DNA from: the human T2T-CHM13v2.0 reference genome, Homo sapiens
Length of the DNA stretch: 64,000 nucleotides
Assembly: GCF_009914755.1 (NCBI RefSeq)
Contig: NC_060925.1
Reading direction: 5' to 3' (one strand)
Every line of letters begins with the position of its first letter. Position 1 is the stretch's first letter. This document shows positions 31,374 through 43,626 of this stretch, piece by piece. A program made the translations under genes and the position numbers. The notes under the pieces are model-generated. The model saw nothing but the letters and a program-made list of their open reading frames with translations. It was not told the DNA's origin and did not search any database.

Positions 31374-33091
31374 ATCTTCTAAGACTTCTATGGAGAGCTA
31401 CATCCTTTAACTATTGATTGATGTCTTAGTATCCCTAGAGCACCACCTAGTATCTGGCATTTAGCAAAGTCCAAAGAGTGGTTTCAAGTAAGCAAGTAAA
31501 GAGATTCATGAAAGAATAAGTGTTTTTCAATCAATCACTTTATCCTTAAATCTGGTAGGTTAACTCAGAAGAATGAAAATAGAGTACTAAGGCATTATTA
31601 CTTCCTGTAATCTGTTTACTGTTTAGTCCCTCAATGGGAAGAAAGTTTTCTAACAAATAACTCCAAGTTTTGGTTCAATAAACTTTGCAAAACCAGATAT
31701 CCACATTCTTGAGAGCAGGAATTTGATGTTCCTTAAGTTTCAGTTCTCCATCATGTCTGGGCCCTAGTACTTTGTATCTAATACTCAATATACAATTTGG
31801 AAAATCTGAGGTATAATAAACACACAGTAATGCACACACATTTTAAGTGTGCAGTTTGATGGATTTTTACATATCAATTTATTTTAGTAACTACCACTTA
31901 GCTCAAGATAGAACATTACCATCACCCCATGTATTTTTATTTCCCCATTTTTGTAAATACTCTCTTCACTCTCTTCTAACCAAGTAACTCTCTAACACCA
32001 TAAATTAGTTTCCTCTGTTATTGACTGATTTGATGGCTGCTAAGATTAAAATAAAAGTGTGGGTTTATATCTGGACTTTCTATTATTTTCCATTGGTCTA
32101 TTTTACTTTCATTCTGACAATACCATAATATCTTGATTTCTGTAGCCTTATAATAAGTTTGGAAATCTGATAGTAAGTCTAAACATCCAATTTTATTCTT
32201 CAATAATGTTTTATCTTGGTTCCTCGTATATACATAAAAATTTCAGAATCAGCTTATTAATTTACACACACACACACAGCCATTTATATTTAATGTAATG
32301 AATAACACAGTTGAGTTTTAAATTTACTATCTTATTATCATTTTCTCTTTGCCCTATCTGTTCTTTGTTCATTAATTCCTCTTTTCCTGCATTCTTTTAC
32401 CTCAGTCAGGTATGGTTTATAATTCAATTTTATTTTCTGTATTACCTTTTTTGTTGTGCGTTTTGATGTCATTCTTTCATTGGTTACACTTAAAACATCA
32501 TCCTTAACACTGTTACCTTAAATTATCAAACGCAAGGATCTTATATTTATCCTTTTAAGGCTGTTATTCTATATTTGACTTTAATAAACAGTATAAGCCC
32601 CACAAGATACTCTTATTCTTTATGTGTCAAACAGTTAGTCTTTTATAAATTCTCAATCATTTACCCTTTCTGGGGCTGTTTATTCTTGCTTACATTTCTG
32701 TGATTCAATGTGAGACTATGTCCCTTCAGCTTGAAGAATAACCCTGAGTAAATTCTGTAGTTTATAGTCAGCTAACAATGAAGTCTCTCAGTTTTTGTCA
32801 GTCTAAATCTTTTTCATTTTTCGATTCTTTTCAATGGACACAGAATTCTGGTTTGATAGTTTTTATTTGTTTCTTTCTGTACCTGAAATATATTTATTAT
32901 CTTCTACCTTCCATGATATTTCTGCTGAAATCAATGTTCATTTATATTGTTCCCCCAAAGGTGATTTTTTTAAACCTCTGGTTGTTTTTAAATTTTCTTT
33001 TTCGTCTTTCAGCAATTTGACTCTCATAGGCCTAGATGGGGTTTTCTTTGCCTGGGGTTCATTGAGCTTCTTGAATTTCTTGGTTGATATC

Positions 33092-33429
33092 TGTATTAGT
33101 TCATTTTCATGCTGCTGATAAAAACATGCCCGAGACTGGGCAATTTGCAAAAGAAAGAGGTTTATTGGACTTACTTCCACGTAGCTGGGGAGGCCTCACA
33201 ATCATGGTGGAAAGTAAAGGGCACATCTCACATGGCAACAGACAAGAGAAGAGAGCTTGTGCAGGGAAATTCCCATTATTAAAACCGTCAGATCTCATGA
33301 GACTTATTCACTGTCATGAGAACAGTACGGGAAAGACCTACATGATTCAATTATCTCCCTCCCACAACATGTGGGAATTATGGGAGCTACAAGATGAGAT
33401 TTCGATGTGGACAAAGCCAAACCATATCA
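33092..33429 (-). mobile_element. THE1A-like solo LTR
   Basis: TG...CA ends; 'caatttgcaaaagaaagagg', 'ggagctacaagatgag'; near-TSD ATATC/ATACC. Confidence 0.88.
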
Positions 33430-33478
33430 ATACCTTTCGAGTTCTTCACCATGATTTTTTCAAATGTTGTTTCTGCTA

Positions 33479-33479
<1 letters not shown>

Positions 33480-33523
<44 letters not shown>
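33480..33523. repeat. (CT)n microsatellite
   Basis: Read directly. Confidence 0.93.
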
Positions 33524-33527
<4 letters not shown>

Positions 33528-33800
33528 TTCTGCTCTCTCTGGATATTTTCTATTGATTTCTATATGAGACCATCAGTTTATTTGTGTAGTATCCAGGTGG
33601 TTTTTAAACCTATGTAATTACTTCTTGATTTAGCAATTCAACAAAGTTCATTTTATTATTTTTATGAAACCTAATATCCTGCTGAAATGCTCTGTTTTTT
33701 AATCCATTTTGCCCATCTCCACGGTAGTTCATGGTTATTTAAAAGCCCTTGCCTATTAGTTCCAAAATCTGTGTCATTTCTTGAGCTCTATTGACTGTAT

Positions 33801-33802
33801 TT

Positions 33803-33852
<50 letters not shown>
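33801..33852. repeat. (TTTC)13 microsatellite
   Basis: Read directly. Confidence 0.95.
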
Positions 33853-33854
<2 letters not shown>

Positions 33855-35439
33855 TTTTTGCCATCAGGTACTCTTTTCTGCTTCTTTGCATGTCTGGTAA
33901 GTTTTGATTGCATGCAGCATTTGTAGAAATTTTAGCTTATGTTTTCTTCCTCTCATAAACTTTGAGTTGTGTTCTAGCAGGTGGTTAAATCATTGGTAGA
34001 TCACCCTAACCCTACAGAAGCCTAGTTTTTGCTTCGTTCAGTCAAATCTATTTCAGTTTATTCTTTCTCTTAGGACATCATCCTTCTATCTAAGGAGTAT
34101 CCTTCAAGGGTTTCATCCTAATGCCTGAGGTGTTCACCAAAGTCTTTCCATTCTGACTGGAACCGAACTCCAACATCTCCTCAGAATTGTGTGATCTCTA
34201 AAATGTCCACTCAAATTTCAGCCTCTCTGCCACTGCACTGTATCTGTCAGGTCTCTAGAATAATGCCTCTGGACACATGCAGCCTAGCAATTCAGCTAAC
34301 GAACTGAGAGGAATTGCCACACAGACTTCCGGTGCTGCCTCTTGGTACTCACCTCTCTGTCACCTTGCTTACCTCCAGAAACCTTAGTTACTTTATATAG
34401 CTCCAAGCTCTTGAGCTATATGCCCTCTGCTCAGTGAAACTGCAGCTCTCTGCTTATTCTCAACCTCCCAAAACTTCTGCTGAAAAAAATATCCCCTGAG
34501 GAAAAATAATCCATGGGAATGGGCTCATTCCATGTGCCTCCAGTTACCCCAAATTGCAGCACTATGTTGGTTATGGTTCAGAAGTAAAAAATGTTTGATA
34601 TAGTTTTTCCAGGTTTTATAGCTATTTTATGGTAGAAAGGCAAGTGAGTGCTATTAGCTAATTGTCCAGAACCAGAGTCTCATTTCATAACTGCATAAAT
34701 CCTTTGCTTATCTTGTGTATTTTTTTAAACAAACCTAAAATGCAGGATTTCTAAGTATTTTCCAGTTCTAGCTGATTTCCTTCATTTTAGATGAAAATCC
34801 AAAGGTAAATACTCTTTGGTTTCTGATTTTTGGCATCTTGTAAATAAGCATTGCCTCCAGTTTGGTTCATTCTCAGATCTATTAAGTATCCCATTTATAT
34901 TTTCCTCTGAAATATAATTTGATAAATCTGCTGAATGATCGGGCACCAAGGTCAGGACCAATACCTTATTCAAGCCCAGCATGAATCCACTTACCAAGAA
35001 ACTGGAGGCAACTCTGTCTAAACTGTAATTTGTTTGATACAAACATGCCATCTACATTTACCTTGTCCATAATGATAATGGGAAGGTTAGCTGAAATCAG
35101 GAAATACTGTATTATGAGTTTAGTGACTATTTACAAGTGGAAATGAATTTAATCTGGTATGATTTATTTTACTAAATTGTAGTTGCTTCCTTTTCTTTTC
35201 TCACTAGTCACAAATGATTTATTTCAGTATCTTCTCCAGAACATTGCCAGAGGCCAGTCTCAAACTTAACCATTGTATACATACCAGAATATTTTCATTA
35301 AAAATTAATAACTTTTGTCTTTCTCTGAAAACTACATAATCACTACTTGTCCATTCTTTTGGTCCTTGCCTGTTCTTTATGGATCAATATTATCAAAGCT
35401 ACTCCTGTTCCCACAGGCAAATAACAATTCTATGTAATG

Positions 35440-35610
35440 GGAAAGATATTAAATCCGAATTCATGTTCCTCTTACTAGCTATATAATGGACAATTAAATT
35501 ATTCCTTTAAATTCCTTTCTCCTTTAGTACACAAGGATAAAATACTCATTTGATTGTTTTAAAGATTAAAGAAGTATCTGAAAGTAACTGTTATATTTTC
35601 TTCTGAGAGG
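35440..35610 (+). mobile_element. MIR SINE
   Basis: Degenerate MIR core ('cttactagctat', 'ttgttttaaagattaaa'). Confidence 0.4.
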
Positions 35611-36217
35611 TATCCCAATAAAAAGGCTACAATATTGTTATTATTATTACTATTCTAGTATCCTGGATGCAATTTACCTAAGCCAAAATATTTTAATTAA
35701 TTTAAGTAGCCACATGCTTTCTCACTAGCTATTTTCCCAGCATGATCTCAATCTTTTCTACGCAAAGTTTAGTCTCTTCTCTCCTAAAGATTGTTCTACC
35801 TAGAGAAGAATATAGGTTCAGAAAGGAATTCATATACTGGTGTTTCTCTAATCTCTTAGAATTACTTAATTTTTCAAAGAGCTCTATCTTTTCCTATTTA
35901 TCTTCTTGTTCCAAATAGAATTAAAATCATTTGCTGCCTTTAATATTGTTAAATATTTCATTTCATACTATGCTTCAATTTCTTGCTTTTTTCTTCTTTT
36001 TATCTTCCTCCTTCCTTCCTTTTTCTTTCTTTTCTTCTTTTTCAGTTATCATTGTTATGCTTGTCCTTTCTTGTGAGATTCCTCTGTTATCTTTCCTTAT
36101 GTGCTTTTTAAACAAAACCTCGAGAGTGCCGTGGGACAGCCTCATTGGTATCTTTTCAAATTTGGTATCTCTCCACTTTTTCCTTACATAGTTAGCTGGC
36201 AGTAGTACATAATAACC

Positions 36218-36224
36218 TTTTCTG

Positions 36225-36304
<80 letters not shown>
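36218..36304. repeat. (CT)n-(CTTT)n promoter microsatellite
   Basis: Read directly; about 700 bp upstream of the inferred TSS. Confidence 0.95.
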
Positions 36305-36305
<1 letters not shown>

Positions 36306-36382
36306 AGATTTTCATTCCTCTTGAGCTTTAAAAGACTGGCTAGCAATGTTATATCTTTCATTTTATTTTCTGATTTAAAAAA

Positions 36383-36413
<31 letters not shown>

Positions 36414-36436
36414 CGCGCGCGCGCGCGCGTGCACGT
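36383..36436. repeat. (GT)14-A-(CG)9-TGCACGT alternating purine-pyrimidine tract
   Basis: 54 bp of uninterrupted alternation. Confidence 0.97.
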
Positions 36437-36739
36437 CAGTGTCTTCTTCATGGATGCTTGTCTTATTTTCTCCCAAGGTGTAACTGTCCAGGGAGGGAAA
36501 AGTCAAGTCGTCCTCTATTACACTGCTCTGCAGAAAGAGACTCACTAAATGTCAAAAAGTAGATGCATCAGACTGTTCCTTAGAGAAAGGTTTGCCATGG
36601 AGTCGTATATTGTAACTGAGCTGAAGTTCACTCATCGATAAGTTGTGCCCAAGGAATCGAATTCCTTCCAGTCCTTCTAAGCAGTCCAGGGAAACCAATT
36701 TAAAAGCGAACACAACAAAACTAACAGACCGGCAAAATC

Positions 36740-38520
36740 TATCTTTGAAGCGCCGCGGGAGGCACAATTTGGGAACAGGTGAGGCCATGCTGGGTGGGTG
36801 AGGCCCCCCTCTCTCCTGCTTGGTGTTCCGCTTTCAGCCAACCCACCCCAGGAGTACCCTGGGATCTCCTCGCCCCCTGCCAGGCGGAGAACGCGGAGCC
36901 CAGCGGGCACGCGGGAATGGAGCTAGGCGCCGGCAGGGCAACTGGGCATGCTCAGAAGCCGGGCAGGTTTTGGTCTCAAGCACGCAGCCTGTGCATTACA
37001 CCAGCTCTCTCAGTCCGGGGAGGAGGAGGAGCAGGAGGAACGCGAGGAGGAAGGAGAGGAGGAGCGGCCAGCAGTAGCCACGACCGCCACCACCAGGCAG
37101 AGGAAGAGTTCGTGGGGAGGAAAAGACCTCTCCTCCCCCTTGGAGCGCCTTCTCTCTGCTTTTGGAGAAAGGGAATACACGATAAAGAAGGAGACGGAAA
37201 GAAGAGAAAAAGTGAGGCGGGAGACAGAGGGAAAAGGGCGTGAACAGAAAGGGCCGGAGCGTGCAGGGGAGCACAGGGCGCGGGGGCGGCACTGCCGAGC
37301 CGGGAGCGCTGCCGCTTGGGCAGGTGCCGCGGCCGCTGCCCGGAGGCGGCATGTGACGCGCGGCCGCAGCTGCCCGCGGGCGGAGCGCTCTCAGACCCCG
37401 GAGCGCACACCGCGGGGCCATCGGTGCCATCGCGGATCTCCAGGCTCCTCATCAGTCCGCCGGGGCCGCAGCAGCGCTTCTGGGAAGACGGGCGATGAAC
37501 TGAAGGGCGGCTCCGGGCAGGGGGGCACGATCTTAAGGACAGTCGCTCCCTGAACGCGGAGCCGGAGGAGACGAAGGGAAGGTGGAGCGGACGCCACCCG
37601 CGCACCGGGCAGGCGCGGAGACCGGCGTGGGACAGCCACCTGGAGCGCAGCTGCCAGGTAGGGACGGCGCCCGCCACCCAGGCGCTGGGCAGAGCGGGTG
37701 GCGGTAGCGGCTGACCTGGTTTCTTGCCTTATCTCGTTGCGAAAGGAGGAAAAAGTTTTCGGCGCGGGTAGGAGAGGTCTTGTGTTTGGAGTCCAAAGAA
37801 GGGGCTGGGTAGGGACGAGAGAGGCTGTTGATTTGGGGAAGATGGGGGCACTTGAATTCCGACAGCGCGATCTGGTGCGGAGTTGGAGTTCTGGGACTGA
37901 GGGTGGGGAACGCCCGCTGGCACTCAAGTGCCCCGAAAGGGACGGGAATCATGCGAGCGGTGGCCGGGAGAGAGTCGGGGACGTCCCACCCCGCTCTCCC
38001 TCGCTTCGATTCTCTCTTCGCCACTGCCGGATCTGAGGCTCCAAAGTGCCCGAGCATGAGGAGCTACTGGGCTCCGGGTGTGTTTGTGAGCGCACTCGTG
38101 TGTTGAGCGTTTGTCTCCCATCTCCCCATTTGGTTTCCTGTCATTTCTAAGAAGGCTAAAGCTGGCACCCGCCAACCTCGCAGTGGGGCCGCAAGTTCGG
38201 ATTGCATTTCAGGGGGCGAGAAGGCAAATTTGGCACTTCGAGTAACACTTGGGCGAAGGTACCTAGCCTAGTGCGCATCTTTACTGACCCGGGGAGAGTC
38301 TGCACTCGCGAGGCAGCGGCCGCTGGACTGCACCGGTTCTCCTCTTTGGAACACTTCCTCAGCATAGCCTCCTAATAGCGAGGTTAATTTTTGCGTGTTT
38401 TTAAACGGCGGGGGCGGGCGGACAGTTGACTCCAGCAGCAGAATTCACTTGTCTACTTCGCGGTGTGCGTGCTGGAATTGAGATCCTGTTCTGCATGCTT
38501 GTGCGTGTGTCCGACTCTCC
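36740..38520. promoter_or_regulatory. CHRM3: CpG island / promoter of CHRM3
   Basis: The only GC- and CpG-dense block in the window; GC boxes; no TATA seen; contains the first exon. Confidence 0.85.
36998..37657 (+). other. CHRM3: Non-coding first exon (5'UTR) of muscarinic acetylcholine receptor M3; TSS approximate
   Basis: Ends CTGCCAG|GTAGGG (5' splice site); sequence recalled as the CHRM3 leader; upstream CTTT and GT repeats fit my recollection of CHRM3 promoter polymorphisms; CHRM3 CDS lies in a distant exon outside the window. Confidence 0.8.
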
Positions 38521-40329
38521 TTGCACGCATTTGGAAGTGGTAGAGGCAGCAGGGATTTGGGAACTGCATCCATATGGATAGGTTTCAAGAATGCAAACCT
38601 TCATTTGTCTGCAAGTGTTACTGGAACCTGTCCAAAGGCTGCAAGGATATGTCCCCTCGATCCCCGCCAGTGTCCGTGTTTGCAATGTGAAAGGGCGGCC
38701 CTCTTTAGGACAAAAATGTATTTATCAAAGCGATGTGTGGTTAAGAACACTGGTTATTTCACCATATGCTTTGCACAGACTTTTCCTTTCTCTCTTGCCC
38801 TCTGAGTTCCAAGACAGATAACCTGTCCCCTCCCCCCATTTTGACCTTTGTAGGTTACTATTTGAAAAATAATTTTTAACTGGGTGCAGTGATTATATAG
38901 TCCAGATAATTTCATATTGTGAGATCGTTATATCGCATGAACCATTCATCATTATTTCCTGTGTTTAAAACAATGCCCATGTATTTACTTAAGAGAGACT
39001 ATGAACATATAGTTCAGAAAGGGGAAAACTAAACCTAGAGCAGATACCTGCATATAAGCGTATTGTAGTGGTAGCACGTTAATAAAAAACTAAGGTATTT
39101 CTGTTCCAAATATTGTGGGATAGACGAGGTGTTGAGTGCACCCTCTTGTTATAAGAGCTGATATCCCGAAGTATACATGTGCAAGGAACATGCCTGCTTC
39201 TTCAGTGTGCATTCCAACATGCCACAGAAATGTGGTTTACATCATAGCTTCTACCGCCGAATAGTCTATCTTTAGATTTTGTTTACATGGTTTGTCTCAA
39301 TTAGCTTAATACATAATTAGCTATTGTTGGGCTAGAAAGCACGTTATTTTTGTAGTGGTTTCCATATGGAAATATAACGTTCGCTTAATTACTAATTTAA
39401 AAATAATGACATTGCCGGTCGGATTTAGAATGTTTCTCTAGGTTGGGGGGTATTATGAGATCGAATGTAGCACGAAAATAGCAATGTCGAAATATTGTTT
39501 TTTAAATAACGTTGCGTCATTAATCGAATGAACATGACAGTTGAAAAAGAAAATGAGATAAAAAGTAGACTTTGAAAAATCTTTATAAATTTTCTGTGTG
39601 GAAAATTATTGTAAGGGAAAAATGTAATTTGGGAAAAGGAGCAAATGTGGAATTGGTCAAGTTTTAAAGAAAGAACAAGTGTTATAATGAGTAGTTCTGT
39701 ATTAAACCTACATTTAAGCTTATTTAGGAAAGTTTGCTTTAAAATTTAGAGAAATCTATGATGAATATTCAGTACCCTACTTTTATTCTGGGGTAGGGGG
39801 AAGTAAAATGTCACTTCAAAAGTATTATTTACTTCTGAAGATTATTTAGGCATGTGTAAAAGTTCTTTAGAGTGTACCTTCTCATTTTTTCCTTATAAAG
39901 ACAAATGATTTAATTTCTTAACAAAGAAAATTTGTTATAAATTAGAGTATGTAAAAATGTGAAGTTCTTTTAATGATATTTTAGCCTTTAATTGCAGGCA
40001 ACCTGTTGAAAGAGGGCATGGAAAAAATGTGAAATTGGCAGACATAGAATTTCTTAGATTCACACTTGTAAATTGAATAGACAGAAAGTTAAACGATATG
40101 GTTAAAAGCAAAGTTGCCTTATGTATTTGTAAATTATAAAGTAATACATATTTTCAGATTTTTAGTTAAAATCTCTGTCATTTTCCCAGCCAACATATTG
40201 TTCTTGCCTAATAACTTTGTTAACATTGGCAAGCTCAGTTGCTTACTGCTAAATGGCCTGGACGATTCCAGTGTGACTATTAAGAAATTGGGTCTTGTTT
40301 GCAGTGCCGGGAAGTTTATACTGGGAACA

Positions 40330-40510
40330 GCTGTGGTGTAGTGGCACTTTAGATAGGAGATGAATGAACCGTGAATCATATGAAGATGGAGACTGATCAG
40401 TATGCAGAGAAGTGTATCTGTCCTTCACTTATGGAACCTGATTTTATATCATATGATGACTAATAGCATTATTCTCACAGTGTGATTTTGGAGGATCAGT
40501 GAGTAACTAG
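40330..40510 (+). mobile_element. MIR SINE
   Basis: 'ctcacagtgtgattttggaggatcagtgagtaa' MIR 3' core. Confidence 0.45.
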
Positions 40511-41029
40511 AGATGTTGTCTTTTATGTTTGTGAATTTAAAATGTATTCTCCTTACATAAGACTATTGTAAAAGGTATCTATGAGCTTAATAAAATTGTA
40601 ATCAAATCCCTCTACCACGTTTACTTTTAAAAGTTAATCAGCATAATAAAATGTGCCTTTATGCTTAATTGTTTAATATAGTGTTTTCCTAGATGCAATA
40701 TATTTTTCATCTATAAAGTTCAGCAAGTCCAGCAGAAGCCCTGTTCTGAAAAATTACTAGCCTTTCAGAACTTTGGAATAAAATTTCAACATCAATGGAA
40801 AGTTTTAATTTTATGAAGAGATAATCTAATGTATATGACAGGAGGCAAAATCAGTTAAATTAGAAGTTAGTTTCTGGTGTCTGAAAGGCCCTATCTTCTC
40901 CATTAGGGAATATATCTTTGTTCAGATCAAATGCTAAGCAGAGTATTTCTTCAAATCACTCATCACTGCATTGCTCCCTCTGCCCACCCTCCACGGAGAG
41001 GGTGTGCAGGTATGAAAGGCTTCCCTCAC

Positions 41030-41144
41030 TTTTTTTTTTTTTTTTTGAGATGGAGTCTCACTCTGTCGCCCAGGTTAGAGTGCAGTGGCATGATCTTGAC
41101 TCACTGCAACCTCCGCCTCCCAGGTTCAAGCAATTCTCTGCCTC
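41030..41144 (-). mobile_element. 5'-truncated AluS with 15-bp TSD
   Basis: ATGAAAGGCTTCCCT at 41012-41026 and 41145-41159. Confidence 0.92.
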
Positions 41145-41283
41145 ATGAAAGGCTTCCCTTTTCATCAGTGAACTAGCACCTGGAGAGCTCTGTTAGCCTG
41201 CTACCTTCCCTAGCAGTTGCATGCCCCAGACAGTATAGATCTCCATTAGTGTTGTCTTCAATGCAAGAAATAAAAATAATTTT

Positions 41284-41590
41284 GGTCTGGGCACAGTGGC
41301 TCATGCCAGTAATGGCAGCAGTTTGGGAGGCCAAGGCAGGAGGATTACATGAGGCAAGGAAATCAAGATCAGCCTAGGCAACATAGCCAGACCCCATCTC
41401 TACAAAAAGTGTAAAAACTTAGCCAGGCATGGTGGCGTGCACCTGTATTCCTAGCTACTAAGGAAGATGCAGTGGGAAGATAGCTTGAATGCAGAAGTTC
41501 GAGACTGCAGTGAGTCAGGATCATGCCACTGCTCTCCAGCCTGTACGAGAGTCTGAGACTCTGTCTCTACATAATCATCATCATAATAGT
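41284..41590 (+). mobile_element. AluJ SINE
   Basis: Diverged dimer; (CAT)n-converted tail. Confidence 0.88.
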
Positions 41591-43442
41591 AATTTTGGTT
41601 TGGTGAAGCAATTGAAAATATTAAACCATAATGTGGCTTATATGATAACTGTGTGACCTCAAACATTTCATTCCCCACTGTACACTTGAAGACCATAGTA
41701 GTTGCCCTGTCCATACCATGGATTGGTTTTGAGAATCCAGTGCATGTGGATGTGCTTTTTGAACAAACTCTGAAATGCAGTGCTTGATTGGAACCCAGAG
41801 CCCCCTCAGTACACCATGATGGACAGCACTGAGCGCCAGTATGTAGTGGCCCTCTGGCTCAGTTTTTGGCCTCTGTGTGTTGTTTTCTATCCAGAAGTTT
41901 TGGCAGCTTGCAGATTCCCCAGCCTCTGGCAGGCTCTCTCTTTTAGGCTGGCGATCTGCATTCTCCCACCTGTTGGAACTTCCCGCTCATCCCCTCCTGA
42001 AGGCCAAGGACTCTGGCTGACGTGCACCTTCTTAGCTTCCTCTGCTGAGGCTGCAGCTGCAGCTTGCCACATTGACACAGACCTAGGGTCCAGTAGTGAT
42101 GACAGGAAGTCAACAGAAGGAATATTCTGAGCCCCTGCCAGCTTCTCACCAATTGTGCCAGTTCATCCTGAAGCCATCCGGAATATGAACACTTTGAGAA
42201 AAACAATGGTGGCCAAAAATTAAAAACAAAAAACAAAAACCAATTTGATAAACAGTAGCTGGCAGATGCCTTGTGGGCTTTGAGACCTTGCCTTTCCAAG
42301 CCTGCTCTGCATGGGACTCAGGAGCCTGGCCCTTCTGATTCCACAACCAGTGCAGAGTCTGTCCTAACCCTAGTGAGCTCTAGCAATTCTCATGCCCCCC
42401 TCACCTCAGTTTCTCTAACTCCTGTCATATTTACCATTTCGTAGGACTAGGATTTTATTGAGTTTTCAATTTGCACTTTCAGTACTGGATTTAATGTCTG
42501 GCCTGGGAAAATTTTAGCTATGACCTTGGCAGTCAGCCTCGCCCTTGCCAAGAACTTCTCTCCAGGAGCAAGACCCCTTTCTTTCTATTCTGTCTCTGAT
42601 TCAATCTCAGTGTGACAAACCCTTGGACCTAAGGCACAGCTCCTCTCCTGACAGTGCATCATTTCCGCCTGAGACTTGTAGTGCCCGGTTCCACTTGACA
42701 AATAAATTCTCCTTGTCTGTCACTGTTGGCAGGATCAAATCTCAGTTCTCCACACCTCTCCCAAGCAATGTAATTTGAGTGGCTGACTATCCACTACAGA
42801 ATTAATCCTTCATTAGGTCATTTGTTCTAGCCCAGTCCTAGCCTGCTTCCTGTCCCCACTGTTCCCTTGAAATTTGGCATGCCAGCTGAGCCATGACATC
42901 GTCTACCTTCTGTCACCTCTAGCACAGGAAGTGGTGCTAATGTAGACATCCTGGTTCAGGCAGGATATCCGCCGACTACTGCTGTTCAGATAAAATTCAG
43001 GTGAGTTTAAACCAAGGTGAAATACTTTCAGCCTGTTTTGGAGAGAGTTCCCAGAGAGAGGGGCTACCAAGTGTGTACTTCCCTGCATTTATGGCTGTGA
43101 AGTGTTTTGGTGCTCTTCTACTGAAGCCTTCTAATTTACCATAGGTAGCTATGGCTATAGACATAGATACATATAAAAATATTCTGTCACTAAACTGTAG
43201 GAAAAAGGAGCTGCTAACAGCCTTTGTCTACATTTTTTAAGACTTGTCACTTTGGAGTACATTTTCTCCCACTAGAATTGCCCATGGGATCCAGACTGGA
43301 GGGAAACCTGGTTACTGCTAACTATTAATACATACAGGCCAATTCTTGCCCACAGCCATTTGACATTCCATCGAGCTAGCTCTCACTTCCATTGAAACCT
43401 AATCCAGTGGTATTTTGTAGACTCACAATCCATATAAATTTT

Positions 43443-43626
43443 GGCTGAGCATAGTGGCATACACCTGTAGTCCCAGGTACTCGGGAGGCTAAGGCAGGAA
43501 GATCACTTGAGGCCAGGAGTTCAAGGTTATAATGTACTATGATTGCACCTGTGAATAGCCACTGTACTCCAGCCTAGACAACATAGCAAGACCCCCATCT
43601 CTTCAATAAAGAAAGAAAGAAAGAAG
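43443..43626 (+). mobile_element. FAM (fossil Alu monomer)
   Basis: Monomer retains the 7SL-derived 'CCTGTGAATAGCCACTG' segment; TSD CCATATAAAT(T/A)TT. Confidence 0.85.

Larger units (their letters stand above)
31810..34680 (-). mobile_element. Old L1M fragments interrupted by THE1A and microsatellites
   Basis: T-rich L1 antisense motifs ('ttaagtgtgcagtttgatggatttt', 'ctggactttctatt', 'tttcagaatcagctt'). Confidence 0.55.

Noticed and set aside
33175-33196. PRDM9 hotspot motif in THE1 LTRs
   Set aside because: THE1A reads CCTCCCCAGCTAC and the THE1C at 15534 reads CCTCCCCAGCCAT; neither matches CCTCCCTNNCCAC
36948-37553. 201-aa + strand ORF and overlapping CpG-island ORFs
   Set aside because: Stop-poor GC/GA-rich sequence, low-complexity product, ATG upstream of the inferred TSS, no recognisable domain
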